From contig NC_043007.1 in NCBI RefSeq assembly GCF_006345805.1, positions 53,630,001 through 53,694,000 on the forward strand: a stretch of 64,000 nt of DNA, given 5' to 3'. Position 1 is the stretch's first letter, and every line of letters begins with the position of its first letter. The translations under genes and the position numbers were made by a program. Below are positions 63,541-64,000 of this stretch, one piece after another. Source of the stretch: Octopus sinensis. Lineage: Eukaryota. The notes beneath the pieces are model-generated. The model was given only the letters and a program-made list of their open reading frames with translations. It ran no database searches and was not told the DNA's origin.

Positions 63541-64000
63541 CCCTCCCCATATAATTTGTTAAACTTAATGAATTAATTTCTTCACACAAATGTATATAAT
63601 TTTTTGGGTAAAATTACAGAGTAACACCCGCACGATTTTCCCTAAAAAAAAATTTTTAAAAACGGATTTTTTAGATACCTTTCTGCTTTTTAAGACAATA
63701 AGGTGTTATTGGAGGGAAATCTGGCTGCTATTTCTAGCTGCCTGAGTGACAACATAGCGATTCCCTCGCGGATTTACAGATAAATGAATTAATTACTATT
63801 TTACAGAATAAAATTAATGAATTAATTATATAAATTAAATCATTCTTGAAAATTAATTAATATTAATAATATTTTTTGAACAAAGTAAATAATTTTTAAA
63901 ACTTAAATAATAATTTTTTTTTACACAATCGCGAACGTATATAATTTCTGAAACTTAATTATTTTTTTTTTTTTTACACAGACATATATACACAGACGTA

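Overview
Eukaryotic, AT-rich, repeat-saturated window with one 100-N gap (44361-44460). I can support no host protein-coding exon, rRNA, true tRNA gene or CRISPR array. The repeat spectrum (huge TA/TATG/CA microsatellites, two tRNA-derived SINE families, RTE and CR1 LINEs, Helitrons, Penelope-like elements [PLEs]) looks like an octopod/cephalopod genome; that is inference. All recognisable coding sequence is decayed TE: RTE and BovB-like LINEs, two CR1-like families, a Helitron Rep/Pif1 pseudogene plus non-autonomous Helitrons, Gypsy RNaseH/integrase, a Tc1/mariner transposase and PLE RT/GIY-YIG remnants. The most striking signal is about 18 type I hammerhead-ribozyme (HHR)-like motifs in about 8 sequence families. 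Several have an intact CUGANGA/GAAA/NUH core and unusually long structured stem II, and five long inverted repeats carry an HHR in each arm. Also notable: a PLE endonuclease with a ~190-codon Asn/Ser/Thr insert between its GIY and YIG strands, tandem Helitrons carrying a captured ORF fragment, and a SINE head with three different tails. Everything was read by eye; coordinates may be off by a few bases and family names are recognition-based, not database hits.
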